A program made the position numbers and the translations under genes. DNA of 34,230 nucleotides from Stramenopiles sp. TOSAG23-2 (taxonomy: Eukaryota). The stretch is taken from the NCBI GenBank assembly GCA_900128395.1, contig LT649350.1, positions 1-34,230 of the forward strand, read 5' to 3'. Shown here one piece after another: positions 1 through 11,006 of the stretch. The notes under the pieces were generated by a model. That model was not told where the DNA came from and did not search any database. It saw only the letters and a list, made by a program, of their open reading frames with translations. Every line of letters begins with the position of its first letter. Position 1 is the first letter of the stretch.

Positions 1-700
1 TTGTATGAGATAATTTGTAGTTGATCTGTTTGTCTATCGATAATGATTATATGTACCGTTTTATATAATACTTCTTTATTTGTATAATTTATTACTATTT
101 TATTATATCAGATGTTTAATAGATATCCCTTCGTTCCATCCAAATACGTTTCTCTAAATACGATGTGATATAAATATAAATATATATATATGTATCTATC
201 TATCTATCTATCTATATATATATATTTTATATATATTTTATTGATTTTTATGTTATTTTAATGAAAAATGTAAAAAAAAAATGAAAAAAATGCGTGTGCG
301 TGTGCGTGAGTGTGGGGGGGGCACCGCCGGTTTTCGTGGATGATCTTTTTTGCAAGTTACTGTAGGGCCAGCAGGCCTTGGGCAGGCAACACATCCTCTC
401 ATCATTTTTTTTTTGGAACGTTATTATAATATTAAAATTAAATTTAAAACACAACAACAGTATTTTGTTTTTTATTTAAATACTGATGATTATATTAAGT
501 TCTAAAAGTAGTTCTTCTAGATAAGAACCGTGGATATTATCAATACTATTATAAACAAGCTCTATAAAACGCATCAATATCTTTATAAATCACAACAACA
601 TGCAAATAAACATTAATGTAAATATGAAATAAAAAAGAAATAGAAAAATAGAATATACTTGTGTAAAAAACAATTAATCAAAAAATCTTCTCTATAAAGT

Positions 701-3700
701 ATGTATAAAAAAGAGACTAGTCTGAGTAATAATGACAAGGAGGAAAGCAAACCATCTCGTTTGCAATCCTTACAAAGTTTAATAGATGGTGTACATATGT
801 TATTAAAAGATGCAACTGCACATGGAAGAATTTTAGTTGGACCTACGGACGAAAGTGGTATTGGGGATGAGGTCTTTCCTGCTTGGGCCAGGCGTCAGGT
901 GGATATAAACCTAGCAGCTGCAACAACAGAAGAAGAAAACAATGTAAGTGAAAATAATACAGAAGACATAATAATGCAAGAGGATAGTACAAGCGACGAG
1001 GATGATACCGCATCTGTAGAATCTAGTATATTAAGCCTCGCCCCGCCACAAGTAAATAGATACGAAGAATTAAAATTAGAATGTAAAAAATTATTAGACC
1101 ATAATGCTAAAATAAAAGAAACTGAATTAATATTATATCCACCTCCACCAATTGTGGTGAAAAACGAAGATGACGACGAGTTAGAAGAAGAAGAAGAAGA
1201 AATTTTTGAACCATTACTACCTCTCATTACAAGAAATGAGCTGCTGGTAACCCTTGTTAGGAATTCAAATCCAATAGTTCCATTTTACCATTCAAAATGT
1301 GGAATTTCTGAAAAACGAAGCAGTAGATCGTTGGTATGGGGAGAGAAAATACTAGAAATGGGTATGGTTGGCCATCCCGGTGGACCAATAAACAAACCTG
1401 AGAGATTTTCAATGTTTGATGGAACATTTTGTTTTCCATTAGAACAAACAATTTCACCATATATTACGCTTTTACCAGAATTAACATATGATCCATATGA
1501 AGCAGAAATGGAACGTAGGCGTATATATCAAGAAAAATTAAGAATAGAAAAATTAATTCGCGAAGAGGAGGAAAGAGAAAGATTAGCGGAAATGAAAGAA
1601 TTTTTAAGAAAACGACGTGCCGCGAAGGAAAGCTTATCGGAAATTTGGAAGAAACCTACATGGATAAAAGATTTTCGTGGAGAAAAAAACAATGGCAATG
1701 GATATAATAAAGAATTCAGTCGATTATCACGTAAAAAACACGCAACGAATTATTCGTTAACGAGCTCTCCATTCGATGCAATAGGTCCAAAAAAAATGAA
1801 AAAAGTCATAGAGAAATGTAATGAAATGGATATCAAGCAACCAAGGAAGTATATTAAAAAAATGTATGCAAAATATTATGTAATAGATGATAGAATTGGC
1901 CCTCCAAATGCAATTGTAAAATATACAGCACCTGGTGCAGCTGATATGGATTTCTTTATACAAAAGTTAGGTATAGGCAATGATTTTACATTAGCATATG
2001 AAATTTTAGGTGTAAACGTGGACGATCGTGGCGGCCTTTTACCTTTCGATGTATTTATGAACAACACAATAGCATTTTCATTATTATCTCCAATGCAATT
2101 GATTGCATATGTATTTTATATTTTACCGGATTTAGAGGAAAAATCGGAAGGTTATTTATTGCGAAATATGCATAAAGTCATAAACATGTTACACGGAACG
2201 AAAAAATACCCAGTGCTCTTTCCCAAACTTGATGAAGATGATTCCTCAGATTCGGATATGGAAGCTGAATTATTTCTTGATGAAAGTATTTTGTTTTCAA
2301 AGGTACGCGAAAATAAAGATAAAATGAATTTAGCAGTGGATATTTTAAACAAATTACCAGCAGATGCAACGCATGTTGAATTAATTGAAGCATTGCTTGA
2401 CTTTCCTATTTTATTATGGCCAGCTTTTAATTTGCAAGAAAAAGTCCGTCGAAAACTATGTGGTGATTTGTATTGGAAGTCGAAGATAGTCAATGATAAT
2501 AACTTAGTACTGCTCCAAAAACAAGTTCGTGAGGATAATATAAAGAAAAGAAAAATAGATAAGAAAAATAGATTGAAACGAGAAAAGCAGAGGAGGAAGA
2601 TGTTGAAGAGAAAAAGAAAGAAGAATAAGAAACAAAATAAGAAACAAGAATCAAAAAAACAAATCGTAGTAACTGAAAAGTTGGAACAAAAAGTTTTGGA
2701 TAAAGCGGAAGAAGATATCGATACTACAATTACAGAAAATGAACAAACTGATAAAGAGAAAACACGATCAAACATAACTTCAAGTGTGGATAATGAGATG
2801 AATAATAATGATGATGGAAAACAAAAAGTAACACCAACAGACCAGACGAAAGTAGAGAAGATACACGATAAGGACGAGGCAGGAGACTATGACTTCGTAG
2901 AAGAAGAAATAATATACGAAGAGGTTGAAAACGCTAGCCCAAAGCTTTTGCAATTATCTACATATATGTATCTCGTTAGATTCCATGAAATGTCTGAAAG
3001 AGCATCATGGGGATTAACTGCTCGTACATTACTTGTCGCCGGCGCCAGTAGAAGACATGCTGGAGCATTAATTTCCAGTGGATTACTTGCTAATATATTT
3101 GGTAGGTCAAGAACCAAACAACAAAATATTCTTTTGATTCAAATATGGTGGAAGCTTTTAACTAAAAGACGCCGGTTACAAGCAGAAGTAGATGACCTTC
3201 AAACACTAATAGAAAATGATAAACGCGCAATAAAAGAAAAACAAACAATACTAGCAAATAGCAAAAAAGCTAATAGTAAAATACAACGAGAAATTAAAAA
3301 ATTAAAGAAAAATGTTTTAAATTTAGAAAAAGATGTTGCTGAAATTTTATCCACAGACTCTTTTGCTAAAAATATGAAAACTCAAATTCAAGAAATGGAA
3401 GTTATTGTATCAAAACGTGTAGCTAAAAATTCCAATACCAATAACATAAAATCTCCTGAAATTGAAAAAGATATCGTAGATGAAGATGATGATGAAGAAG
3501 ATGACAATGATCATGTAATCAGAAGACCAGAAATGGTTCTCACTTCTGAAATTAGTCATGAGTTTAGGGAGGGATATTGTATAGTGCCTCATTGCAACAC
3601 GCTCATTAATCTAGCAGATCCTGAGGAATCAATTGGTATATGCCCAACCTGTCGTATATATGCAATTAATTATTGGGCAATGAAAGAAGGGTACAAATGG

Positions 3701-4036
3701 GGCTATAGATTAATAAAACGTATAGAAGACACTGTCGTTCGCGAGGAACCTGATCATTTAGAATGCAATTCATGGATGTTGTTTCGTGATTCATTGGTAC
3801 GGTCAAACTTTTATTTCAATATTGACACAGGCCATTCTCGTTGGGAGTTGGCTCCTTGGCATAAAAAAAATAAGAAATCCTTCAAATTGGTCAAGGATGA
3901 ACCTGTCCTTGTATGGGAAAGGCAACGCGCGGAAAAGGAAGCCTTTCGAAGGAAAGTTATTGCTGCAAAACTAGCTAAGGCAGAGGCAATGAAAAAAAAG
4001 GGAAGAAGGCGGCCAGCATATCAAAAGAAAAAGTGA
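701..4036 (+). CDS. Large coiled-coil protein with degenerate EF-hand-like region, IQ-like motif, Cys cluster and C-terminal WW domain
   Basis: 1111-aa ATG ORF. WW-like WMLFRDSLVRSNFYFNIDTGHSRWELAP; IQ-like LIQIWWKLLTKRR; CIVPHC...CPTC; central VNVDDRGGLLPFDVF...FPILLWPAFNLQEKVRRKLCGDLYW resembles degenerate EF-hand proteins of protists. Confidence 0.7.
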   Translation: MYKKETSLSNNDKEESKPSRLQSLQSLIDGVHMLLKDATAHGRILVGPTDESGIGDEVFPAWARRQVDINLAAATTEEENNVSENNTEDIIMQEDSTSDEDDTASVESSILSLAPPQVNRYEELKLECKKLLDHNAKIKETELILYPPPPIVVKNEDDDELEEEEEEIFEPLLPLITRNELLVTLVRNSNPIVPFYHSKCGISEKRSSRSLVWGEKILEMGMVGHPGGPINKPERFSMFDGTFCFPLEQTISPYITLLPELTYDPYEAEMERRRIYQEKLRIEKLIREEEERERLAEMKEFLRKRRAAKESLSEIWKKPTWIKDFRGEKNNGNGYNKEFSRLSRKKHATNYSLTSSPFDAIGPKKMKKVIEKCNEMDIKQPRKYIKKMYAKYYVIDDRIGPPNAIVKYTAPGAADMDFFIQKLGIGNDFTLAYEILGVNVDDRGGLLPFDVFMNNTIAFSLLSPMQLIAYVFYILPDLEEKSEGYLLRNMHKVINMLHGTKKYPVLFPKLDEDDSSDSDMEAELFLDESILFSKVRENKDKMNLAVDILNKLPADATHVELIEALLDFPILLWPAFNLQEKVRRKLCGDLYWKSKIVNDNNLVLLQKQVREDNIKKRKIDKKNRLKREKQRRKMLKRKRKKNKKQNKKQESKKQIVVTEKLEQKVLDKAEEDIDTTITENEQTDKEKTRSNITSSVDNEMNNNDDGKQKVTPTDQTKVEKIHDKDEAGDYDFVEEEIIYEEVENASPKLLQLSTYMYLVRFHEMSERASWGLTARTLLVAGASRRHAGALISSGLLANIFGRSRTKQQNILLIQIWWKLLTKRRRLQAEVDDLQTLIENDKRAIKEKQTILANSKKANSKIQREIKKLKKNVLNLEKDVAEILSTDSFAKNMKTQIQEMEVIVSKRVAKNSNTNNIKSPEIEKDIVDEDDDEEDDNDHVIRRPEMVLTSEISHEFREGYCIVPHCNTLINLADPEESIGICPTCRIYAINYWAMKEGYKWGYRLIKRIEDTVVREEPDHLECNSWMLFRDSLVRSNFYFNIDTGHSRWELAPWHKKNKKSFKLVKDEPVLVWERQRAEKEAFRRKVIAAKLAKAEAMKKKGRRRPAYQKKK

Positions 4037-4400
4037 AAAAGAGTGCCGAACACTTCGTATTCTTATGTGTGTGTGAAAAGTCTAGGGACCTAGATTTAAT
4101 GTTGTGTGTGTTTTCAATTTTTCTTCTCAGATTTGAGATTATGTTTAATTCTCGTATCATATGATACATGTTTATTCTCGTACGTTCGTATGATATGATA
4201 TTTTTATCATTTTTAATGTTATCATATTCGAATAGCAAAGATTAAGATATGGAATAATCACGAGTAGAGAAATAAAAAATTAAAATACACGTAGGATGCA
4301 TATATGAATGAGATACATTTTATACGAAATATTTATATATCATACGAGTACAATGATATTCGTATTCAGGAATATAATAAAAAAAAAATATTTTAGTTTT

Positions 4401-5765
4401 TTAACCGATAAAGCTTGACAATAGTTCTTTTGCCTTTTCTTTCGCATTTTGTAAATCCTCTGTTGCCCTTGAAGTGATTTCACGCACAAATTCACCAGCT
4501 GAAATGTCACTAGACATACTATCACTTTTTCCACGATTACCATCATACTGTTCTTCCCCTCTGCCAAACAAAGCATCGCTACTTAACGAGGTTGCACCAG
4601 AAAATTTACCAATACGATCTTTCGCATCTCTGCTTTCTTTATTTGTACCACCTTCAAAATCAAAAAACTGATCTGAGCTAATAGCTTTATTATTTTTAAA
4701 ACGCTCAGTGGCAGGTCTTCCTTTATATTCAAAATTTTTTTGAGTATCTGTATAACTACTGCTACCACTATTGCTATTGCTTGAATTGCCAAAACTTTCA
4801 CCAAAGAAATCATCATCGTCATCATTGTTGTTTCTGTAACGACCGCCTAATCCACTATTTTTATCAGCGCGAGTACCATATTTTGAAACTGTACCACCAC
4901 TTTTTTCTTGTAACGTTCTAGCCACTGCTTCATCCATCGCGATTTGTTCCTGTTTTGGCGCCGCTTTCATTGCAGTTTCAAAAGCATCATCATCAATTAC
5001 AGCGGCGGATGCTTTCCCACCACCTTTTTTCTTCGAACCTAACGATTTACTGCTCAAGCGTGTAGCACCTAAACCACCTTTTTTCTTTTTTTTGCTCTTT
5101 TTTAAACCCGTTTTGAGTTTTAAACTTTTCTTTCTAACTGGAGCACCAGAACCAAGATTTGCGGAAACGATGACCTTTGAAGAATCTTTTGGAGAATCTG
5201 GCTTTCGTTTAATATATTTGATTTCTTCAACTTTTGGCTCAATTGGTATTGGTTTTGATTTATTATTGCTATTAGCATCTAAAGTTAAAGCTTCCATACC
5301 ATCGATTGTTTTATTTGTACTTGTACTAGGAGGTGTCATAGGTGATGGTGGTGCAATTTCTTTTTGTAATTTTGAGCGATATAATTTTGCAGCAGTACTT
5401 TGGTACTTTTTTTGTACCAAATCAAGGCTCGAGCGCTGCTCTGACCAACCATGCTCCCTGAAAAACTCACGCGCGCGTTTATTACCGCCATTTTTCATCA
5501 CAGAAAGTTCTGAAGGTTTCCATTTATCCATATCACAAGAACGTACGAACGTAACGTGGACACCCATACGCCTATGATGTGCACTACAACCAAGACAAAT
5601 AAATACGCCATATGTTACAGTTGCCCATTTTGGATTTTTAGCACCACAATCGAAACAAGTTTTATTATCACGTTTGCCCATCAATATTCGAAATCGTTTA
5701 TCCCTTTCGCTATTAGGTACAGTCTCTTCTTTTTGCACTGCATTTTTTGCAACATAAGAGGCCAT
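4401..5765 (-). CDS. ARFGAP2/3: ADP-ribosylation factor GTPase-activating protein, Glo3/ArfGAP2-3 type
   Basis: ArfGAP zinc finger CFDC-x16-CLGC-x4-R with [11 protein letters not shown]-terminal twin Glo3 motif (AISSDQFF ... SLSSDALF). Confidence 0.95.
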   Translation of the reverse strand: MASYVAKNAVQKEETVPNSERDKRFRILMGKRDNKTCFDCGAKNPKWATVTYGVFICLGCSAHHRRMGVHVTFVRSCDMDKWKPSELSVMKNGGNKRAREFFREHGWSEQRSSLDLVQKKYQSTAAKLYRSKLQKEIAPPSPMTPPSTSTNKTIDGMEALTLDANSNNKSKPIPIEPKVEEIKYIKRKPDSPKDSSKVIVSANLGSGAPVRKKSLKLKTGLKKSKKKKKGGLGATRLSSKSLGSKKKGGGKASAAVIDDDAFETAMKAAPKQEQIAMDEAVARTLQEKSGGTVSKYGTRADKNSGLGGRYRNNNDDDDDFFGESFGNSSNSNSGSSSYTDTQKNFEYKGRPATERFKNNKAISSDQFFDFEGGTNKESRDAKDRIGKFSGATSLSSDALFGRGEEQYDGNRGKSDSMSSDISAGEFVREITSRATEDLQNAKEKAKELLSSFIG

Positions 5766-6254
5766 TTTTCTTCGTCAACTTGCTATAATATTTTATATTT
5801 ATATATATATATTTATAATTTAATATTATCTCAACGTATGTTGCAATAAATACTCCAATCAATATAATATATATATATTTATATAATTATAATGTGAATA
5901 CAATGGAAAGTATCGACCTATCTATTCGTATCTATAAGTTAATATATATATATATTCTACTATTATTGATCTTTCCTCCATCCTCCCAACAACATTAAAA
6001 ATAAATACATTTTTTTTACAGTTGTTAATGTTTATCGGCTAGTGGACAACAATAATACCAGGTAAAATGACAGTTCATCAGAATCAATGGAGAGAAATAG
6101 AGAGAGAGAGAGTCTGGCCATATATTAATATGGGAATAGCATTATATTACATAGACATAGCATTAGCTATCTCTAATTAAATGTAAATGAGATTAAGGAA
6201 AAGCCCTCTCACTCAACACTCAAACGTAGATCTATCGAATGAGTGATTGATTGA

Positions 6255-6344
6255 ACACACATCTTATATAAACATGTACACATTATAGATTTATATAGAC
6301 ACACATCTTATATAAACATGTACACATTATAGATTTATGTAGAC
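6255..6344. repeat. Tandem duplication, period 44 bp, 2 copies
   Basis: acacatcttatataaacatgtacacattatagatttat(a/g)tagac at 6257-6300 and 6301-6344, one mismatch. Confidence 0.95.
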
Positions 6345-6488
6345 TATATAAGTAAGATTTATATACAATAGGTATCCAAGAGCAGAATATACGGTATATA
6401 AATAAGTGCAATATAATAATAAGAATATTTAATAAAATGACATATTATTATCAACGACAAAAAAATGTACAAGAAATATGTATGATAA

Positions 6489-7768
6489 TGTGTCGAGGAA
6501 ACTTTTCTACAAGATGTTGACGTCAGAAATACAATTTCACGATTTCAATTTTTATTTGAAGTTGTTGATCAAGTAAAAGTCAACCCTACCTTGTGGAGAA
6601 TATGCTTTAAAATTTCTTCTGTATGGTTTGCAACAAATAGTTTAGGATGTCAGCCTGTAACACCAGAGATCACCTTGAGTAATTTACACTACGGATATCA
6701 AACGTTGACAATCACGTTAAAAGATTTTATTGAAGATATGACATTTTATGAAACGAATTATACATTTTTAGTTTCACCTGTTACTACTACTAAAAATATC
6801 AAAAAAAGTGATGCGTGGGATGAAAAGAAACAAATTTGTAAGAATGAAGCAAATGACGCAGCAGCACGTTTTTATAATAATGGAAATAGCCAAAAGAACG
6901 AATCTTTTATATCTTCGTTGAGTTTAATCGTTTTAGCATATAGGAAAAAAGATTCGTTGTTAGAATCTCTAAAAACATGGGATGTTAATGGTTTGTTAAA
7001 CAGGACGAACGAAAGAATTATATTTTTTCAAAATTGTGCTACATGTCAGTTTGGAAAATTAATAGATCCTCTTACATCGATGGAAAATTTATACGATAAA
7101 AAATTCAAAAACTTTTAAACAATTATAATTTTACAATTATTGGTAACAAATACAATATTGGCCTTGAAAAAGCAATGGTAGCACTGGTGGAAGTGACAAA
7201 GTCAAAAAATATTTTATTTCTCGAAGAAGATTGGCAATTACAAACAAATATAATAAATAATGATATGATACTCGCGGAGCAAATGCTGAATGACAAATTT
7301 GTAAGTGCAGTGAAATTTCGTAGCGTCGAAAAACCAGGACAACCGTATTGCTCAGAAGTTTGGAAAGGCTATGAACATCTAATGTTAGAAGATGCAATGC
7401 AAGGTGGTGATGGGAAACTATCTATTATGAATGCAGCATCATGGCAAAACGATGATAGCAAAGTCAACCAATTTTTTGGAGACATGGTATGGAGATGTAA
7501 TTCTAATTTTTTATGTGGTCATAGTGATGTTTGCGGATGGACTAATAATCCAACTATGTATTCGAAGCAATGGTTTGTTGAAAATTTACTAGATGTCGCT
7601 AAAAATTCAAATCATTTTGAAAGTTCAATAAACCTTTCGCCGCATATATGGTCAGCACGATGTTGGATAATTGCTCAAGGAAAAGGTTTATTTACTCATG
7701 TTGACTTGGAGAAGAAACTTGAAGAACAATCACCATGCGAAGTGCCTGATATAATTAAGTTACATTGA
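6489..7768 (+). pseudogene. GT-A fold (GT2-like) glycosyltransferase interrupted by a frameshift at the A6 run 7098-7103 (pseudogene or sequencing error)
   Basis: ORFs 6591-7118 and 7175-7768 join if one A is added at 7098-7103, giving ...LYDKKIQKLLNNYNFTIIGNKYNIGLEKAMVALVEVTKSKNILFLEEDW with a DxD-like FLEEDW motif. The first frame is open from 6489 and its first ATG is at 6738, so the 5' end is uncertain. Confidence 0.6.
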
Positions 7769-7973
7769 TGTTAATTAAAGGTGCACAGGGGGTGTTTTTC
7801 TGAAGAAAATATGTGATTAGGGCATATTTTTAAAAATATTCTCTATGCATTACGTTCGTTGAAGATATTTAACAATATTTGTTAAAAAATTTCAATATTT
7901 TTTTGAGAGATGCACACCACAGTATATGATATATTATCATTTTTACACACACTCTCTCTATATATTCCCTAGA

Positions 7974-10436
7974 CTATGCAATCCCATTTTTTTCTTTCCA
8001 ATATTTTGCTCTAGCCATTTTTTCCTCTTTTTGTTTTCTATTTAATTCAATATTTTTCGATACTTGCTTACCCCTGGCATTGCTTAGTGATGAGAAAGCT
8101 TGTGATGATTTCCTTTTTTTATCACCAAGGAACTTTTTATTACCAAATATATCCTTTACTTCATTACGTATGTCGCCACGAACACGTGCATTTGCACCTT
8201 TATCTTCAAGTGTTTTCATCAGATTTTTCAATGGCGAGGCAGAAATTTTATCAAGCCCATTAACATTTGTATTATTATTATTATTCCCTTCATTTTTACT
8301 ACTCGCATATACCTTATCAGCTATTGATTTCATATTTGAAAATGTCGATGAATTCAACATGTTCAAATTATTCATATATACTTTTGTTTTGCAGTTTAAT
8401 TTTCTATTTTTTATGATATTTGCCTCCTTCGTATTATTGCTTTTACCTAATAATTTATTGACATTTTGCTTGGCATTATCAGCGTTGATTCCAGTATCAG
8501 TAAGAGAACACGTTATTGCGCTTTCTGTATTAATTTTATATATATTATTTTCTTTTATGAACTTAACATTTTTTACAGATTCTAAAAATCTTTTCATCGG
8601 ATTATTACGTGGCATTTTTACAAATGGTACATGGATGTATTTGCAATCATATTCATTTTCAGCCTTTTCGCCTAAATATTTCAACATTTTATATTCAACA
8701 CCACGTTGAAGGGCGCGACAACTCAGTAATAATGTATCTACCATTAGTATCTTACAAGATTCATCAGAATTAATTAAAATAGAATATAATATTAATCCGA
8801 CATCTCCATAATGACCAAATCTATCGGTAACGGATACCAATGCACTGTATTTCTTGTCATCACCATTATCCATGTATTTGAGAAATTCACTTGTACTCAA
8901 TGCACGTTTCCCGGTTGCATTAAATTGATTTGTACGTTCTATCAATTGTTTCATCCTTGGCAGTTTTTCTTCCATTAAATTGTTTTTGTTACTACCGGCA
9001 AAGTTTTCAAATTGAACTTTTACTGCTAAACTTGAAATAATAGCATCATACTCAATAGCAGTAGTCGTTGTATTTTGATGCTTTGCCAGTTTTTCCTTTA
9101 ATGAATTGCTCGACCTTCCTTTCATTTTTTCTTTTATTGCTGATTGTCGTTTTGCAGAATCACGATATCTTTCCGTTCGAAACTTATCCTCTGTCGTTGG
9201 AATAGAACCTAATGGAACAGGACGATCAAATATCCAAGAATGCATTAAAGATAATGGAATATCTTTTGGATTTTTCGGTATTTGCACGACAGCAATATCA
9301 GGACAACATTTTCTAATATATTCACATTCTCCTGAATTATCATCAACAAATATAAATGAATCTAAACTTAATTGTAATTCATTTGATAGTTCTTTCATAT
9401 TGTGTAATTTGCTATTCCAATTAATACGATAGTGGACGATATGTTCATAAATATTTAAAACCATGTCTGTTGATCTATTTTTAAATACATTTAAAACATC
9501 TTCTTCATTATTTTTACTACATAAACATAACAGAAATCCCATTTTTTGTAAATTAGTAAAAAAACTTTGTAACCATAAATATTCTTTTGATAATATGATA
9601 TTGTTCACACCGACTTCCGAAACACTTGAACCCCATAACGTATTATCACAATCTAAAATGATAACTTTACGCGTTGTAAATCTATTCTGACATCGTTTCA
9701 CAATTCTCGTACATAGTTGACCTAATGCTAATGATGCAATCGGTTTTAATGGTGCATGTAACGTAGTATCTGAATTCAAATCATACCACATATGGTTCAT
9801 CTTATTATTATTTCTAAATATTGTTGGAAATAAATTAAACATGGAAAATAGATTTTTTGGTAAAGTGTGTATTAAATGATATTTATTTTCTAAATGATTT
9901 CTTATTTTGTTTTCCATTTTTTCAATCAATGCATTGTGTTTTAGAAATGGTGATGATGGACATATATACAGAAAAAGAGGAGCTGTGATGATCGAATCCA
10001 AATTTTTATTATTACAGTAACATTGTTTTACAATCTGTATAAATTCATTTACTTTATTATCCCATGATATTTTTTCATTTTTCGCGTCGTCACCATTTGT
10101 ATCATTGTTATTATTCAATACAATTTCGGGATGAGTATATACAATATCTTCAATTCGAAACAATATAATGGTACTACATTGATGTTTATTTACATTGTAT
10201 TGACTATTTGCCATAAACGATTTAATATGTTCTACGATATTTCCGTATGGTCTCCAAGAGATAGTTTGACAATTATTATTAATATCATGTGCCAATAGTG
10301 TTTTATTCCAATAATTCACTGCAATTGCTAATCTATCGGAAGCAAAGGAGGTGATAATATTTATATGATTGGTATTGCTCATATTTCTCTTGTTTGTTTT
10401 TAGCATTGGTTTAGATTGTACTTTCTCCGTGAACAT
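7974..10436 (-). CDS. fkbH: FkbH-like HAD-IIIC phosphatase/glyceryl transferase with C-terminal acyltransferase-like domain
   Basis: Family motifs KVIILDCDNTLWG, LCSKNNEEDV, INWNSK, FIFVDDNSGEC, TTEDKFRTERY, QLIERTNQFN, VTDRFGHYG, LLSCRALQRGVE. Confidence 0.93.
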   Translation of the reverse strand: MFTEKVQSKPMLKTNKRNMSNTNHINIITSFASDRLAIAVNYWNKTLLAHDINNNCQTISWRPYGNIVEHIKSFMANSQYNVNKHQCSTIILFRIEDIVYTHPEIVLNNNNDTNGDDAKNEKISWDNKVNEFIQIVKQCYCNNKNLDSIITAPLFLYICPSSPFLKHNALIEKMENKIRNHLENKYHLIHTLPKNLFSMFNLFPTIFRNNNKMNHMWYDLNSDTTLHAPLKPIASLALGQLCTRIVKRCQNRFTTRKVIILDCDNTLWGSSVSEVGVNNIILSKEYLWLQSFFTNLQKMGFLLCLCSKNNEEDVLNVFKNRSTDMVLNIYEHIVHYRINWNSKLHNMKELSNELQLSLDSFIFVDDNSGECEYIRKCCPDIAVVQIPKNPKDIPLSLMHSWIFDRPVPLGSIPTTEDKFRTERYRDSAKRQSAIKEKMKGRSSNSLKEKLAKHQNTTTTAIEYDAIISSLAVKVQFENFAGSNKNNLMEEKLPRMKQLIERTNQFNATGKRALSTSEFLKYMDNGDDKKYSALVSVTDRFGHYGDVGLILYSILINSDESCKILMVDTLLLSCRALQRGVEYKMLKYLGEKAENEYDCKYIHVPFVKMPRNNPMKRFLESVKNVKFIKENNIYKINTESAITCSLTDTGINADNAKQNVNKLLGKSNNTKEANIIKNRKLNCKTKVYMNNLNMLNSSTFSNMKSIADKVYASSKNEGNNNNNTNVNGLDKISASPLKNLMKTLEDKGANARVRGDIRNEVKDIFGNKKFLGDKKRKSSQAFSSLSNARGKQVSKNIELNRKQKEEKMARAKYWKEKNGIA

Positions 10437-10688
10437 GAGTCTAGGTACTACTTTATTATTAATAATAGTATATATATATATATATATATGTAGACGTCCC
10501 TTACTCTTCTGGATACATGTATATTTTCATAGACTAGAGCTATTATTATTTATGAAAGAAGGTGCAAAGAATGCAATGTATAGCAGCTAAATAGCATTAT
10601 TATATACACGAAAACTACATAAGGTTTCTTCTTGCGAAGATTCGACCTTTTGAGTATATTATAGGCGGCACATAGTGCAATACAATAA

Positions 10689-10744
10689 TGCCAGGAATGC
10701 CAGAATGCCAGCCGCGCCTTATAATATTAGGCCAGGATGCCAGG
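10689..10744 (+). promoter_or_regulatory. Cluster of five (T/G)GCCAG motifs in the divergent fkbH/metalloprotease promoter
   Basis: Copies at 10689, 10698, 10706, 10730 and 10738 in otherwise AT-rich DNA; regulatory function is inferred. Confidence 0.45.
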
Positions 10745-11006
10745 AATGGTCGGGTATTTTTATGTCCGATGTAAAAGATGTAGTAGTACCTGGTAAACAT
10801 CATAAAAAGATATTTTTCGTCGTCGGTTGTGTTCGAAATGAATTATCTGGCCATAATACAAATTATAGATTACAATATATCATCATCTTCATCATCATAG
10901 ACAAAAAGGAGATACAACAATATTATAACATCATATTGTATGTGTGTATGTGTGTATTTACAATATTATAATATATAGAAATATACATACATACATATAT
11001 ATAAAA

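Noticed and set aside
180-330. (TA)n, (TATC)n, TGCG repeats and a G8 run
   Set aside because: Ordinary microsatellites, common throughout the intergenic DNA here.
6465-6490. Stop-codon reassignment or readthrough at TGA TAA before the glycosyltransferase frame
   Set aside because: TAA, TAG and TGA all terminate other genes in the window, so the standard code applies.
10944-11006. GTG-initiated N-terminal extension of the metalloprotease
   Set aside because: Translates AT-rich UTR-like sequence; ATG 11007 preceded by AAAA matches the start context of other genes.
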